Below, in pieces: positions 63,231 to 64,000 of a stretch of DNA of 64,000 nucleotides; the first letter of the stretch is position 1; each line of letters begins with the position of its first letter. The translations under genes were made by a program, and so were the position numbers. The DNA comes from an uncultured Fibrobacteraceae bacterium (GTDB lineage: Bacteria; Krumholzibacteriota; Krumholzibacteriia; LZORAL124-64-63): positions 3,952 through 67,951 of the forward strand of contig CAYFKR010000019.1 in assembly GCA_964343835.1 (NCBI GenBank), in the 5' to 3' direction. Under the pieces are notes generated by a model that saw only the letters and a program-made list of their open reading frames with translations, did not search any database and was not told the origin of the DNA.

Positions 63231-63961
63231 ATCGGGCGCTGCCGGCGTCCGTCTTCGTCCACCTGATCTTCCTGCTGATCGTGGTGATGTTCGGCGCGTG
63301 GGTCGACCGGCCCACGATCTCGCCGCGGCGGAACATCGCGGTGCAGATGGTGACGTTGCCGGAGACGCAGCCGGAGGAGCCCGTGGAAACGGAGGAGGCA
63401 GTGGACCCCGAGCCGGAGCCCGAACCGCCCGCGCCGGTCGAGCCGACGCCCGTGGAGCCGGAGCCGGAGGTCGTGCCCGAGATCGTGCCCCCTGAGCCCG
63501 ACGATCCGGCGCCGGACCCGGAACCCGAACCGCAACAGGTCCGGGAACCCGAACGACCGGTCGACCCTCCCGCCGAGCCCGTGGAGCTGGGCGACGACGC
63601 CGAGGACGTCCCGGTCGAAGCCGCCCCCGACGTTTCGTCGGTCAGCGGCACCGACCAGGAGATCCCGCCCCAGTTCCAGTACTACCTGACCATCCTGCAG
63701 GGGAAGGTCAGCCGCCAGTGGCAGCCCAAGCGGCTGGGCATGCGCACCGGCAGCGAACGCTGGTGCGCCGTCCATTTCTTCGTGGAGCGGGACGGGCGCA
63801 TCACCCGCGAGACCCTGGTGCAGGGATCCGGCGTGTCGCTCTTCGACAAGGAGGCTCTCGGCGCCGTGCGCAGGGCCGGACGCATGCCGCCCCTGCCCGC
63901 GGGCATCAAGGGCGCTTCCCTGGGCGTCACCTTCACCTTCACCCTGAAGACGGGAACCTGA
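63227..63961 (+). CDS. TonB/TolA-like energy transducer (N-terminal TM, Glu/Pro-rich rod, TonB_C-type domain)
   Basis: GTGA overlap. SVFVHLIFLLIVVMF, (E/P)-rich EPEPEPPAPVEPTPVEPEPEVVPE..., C-terminal YYLTILQGKVSRQW...FFVERDGRI......GSGVSLFDKEALGAVRRA..PPLP. Confidence 0.7.
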   Translation: MNRALPASVFVHLIFLLIVVMFGAWVDRPTISPRRNIAVQMVTLPETQPEEPVETEEAVDPEPEPEPPAPVEPTPVEPEPEVVPEIVPPEPDDPAPDPEPEPQQVREPERPVDPPAEPVELGDDAEDVPVEAAPDVSSVSGTDQEIPPQFQYYLTILQGKVSRQWQPKRLGMRTGSERWCAVHFFVERDGRITRETLVQGSGVSLFDKEALGAVRRAGRMPPLPAGIKGASLGVTFTFTLKTGT

Positions 63962-63962
63962 C

Positions 63963-64000
63963 GTGAACACGATCCGACACCTCGCCCTCCTCACCGCCCT
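63963..64000 (+). CDS. 5' end of a further + strand gene (the Tol-Pal order would predict tolB), truncated by the window
   Basis: GTG 63963, then NTIRHLALLTA, the beginning of a signal-peptide-like segment. Only 12 codons are visible. Confidence 0.3.
   Translation, partial: MNTIRHLALLTA

Noticed and set aside
63368-63600. Repetitive GAGCC/GAACC-rich DNA in the tonB/tolA-like gene
   Set aside because: It is a coding Glu/Pro-rich rod region typical of TonB/TolA, not an independent DNA repeat element.

Overview
Very GC-rich bacterial chromosomal segment (composition judged by eye, not computed), almost completely filled with genes on the + strand. I call 59 CDS, 58 on + and 1 on -. Most long minus-strand and alternative-frame ORFs in the track are high-GC artefacts (Arg/Pro/Gly/His-rich, antisense to clearly recognisable genes). 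Most ORF-track N-termini are over-extended, so I re-placed starts at ATG/GTG/TTG codons that remove overlap with the upstream gene. 24 of these give the 4-nt start/stop overlaps ATGA, GTGA or TTGA.

The content is mainly diderm envelope biogenesis and housekeeping:
- a 5'-truncated secreted C25-type peptidase with an FG-GAP propeller
- an orphan solute-binding lipoprotein
- hsp20-lon
- a 9-gene translationally coupled LPS-core/glycan cluster (4 GT9 paralogues, gmhB, DUF3108, ArnT-like GT, sugar-phosphate transferase, acpS)
- phzF-like gene and a long acyl-CoA dehydrogenase
- aroQ, efp, accB, accC, ftsK, rimO
- bamD, nadD, polA, coaE, prfB (programmed +1 frameshift, missed by the ORF track), lysS
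- lolCE, lolD, mcsA-mcsB-clpC
- bamA-skp-lpxD-lpxC/fabZ-lpxA-lpxB-DUF374-lpxK
- nadB, a methyltransferase, bshC-bshB-bshA, and tolQ-tolR-tonB/tolA-like genes

I saw no rRNA, tRNA, CRISPR array, transposase/integrase or recognisable defence system.

The most interesting items are:
1. A five-gene cassette of unassignable membrane proteins coupled to the acyl-CoA dehydrogenase (21631-24976).
2. A protein with two HARE-HTH-like winged-helix modules joined by a histone-H1-like (A/T/V)KKK tract (5419-6282).
3. A McsB homologue whose phosphagen-kinase signature residues appear replaced (43143-44189).
4. A SAM methyltransferase fused into a bacillithiol operon.

The FlgD-Ig/T9SS-type C-terminal tail, the LpxC-FabZ fusion and bacillithiol genes suggest an FCB-superphylum-like diderm. 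This is inference only.
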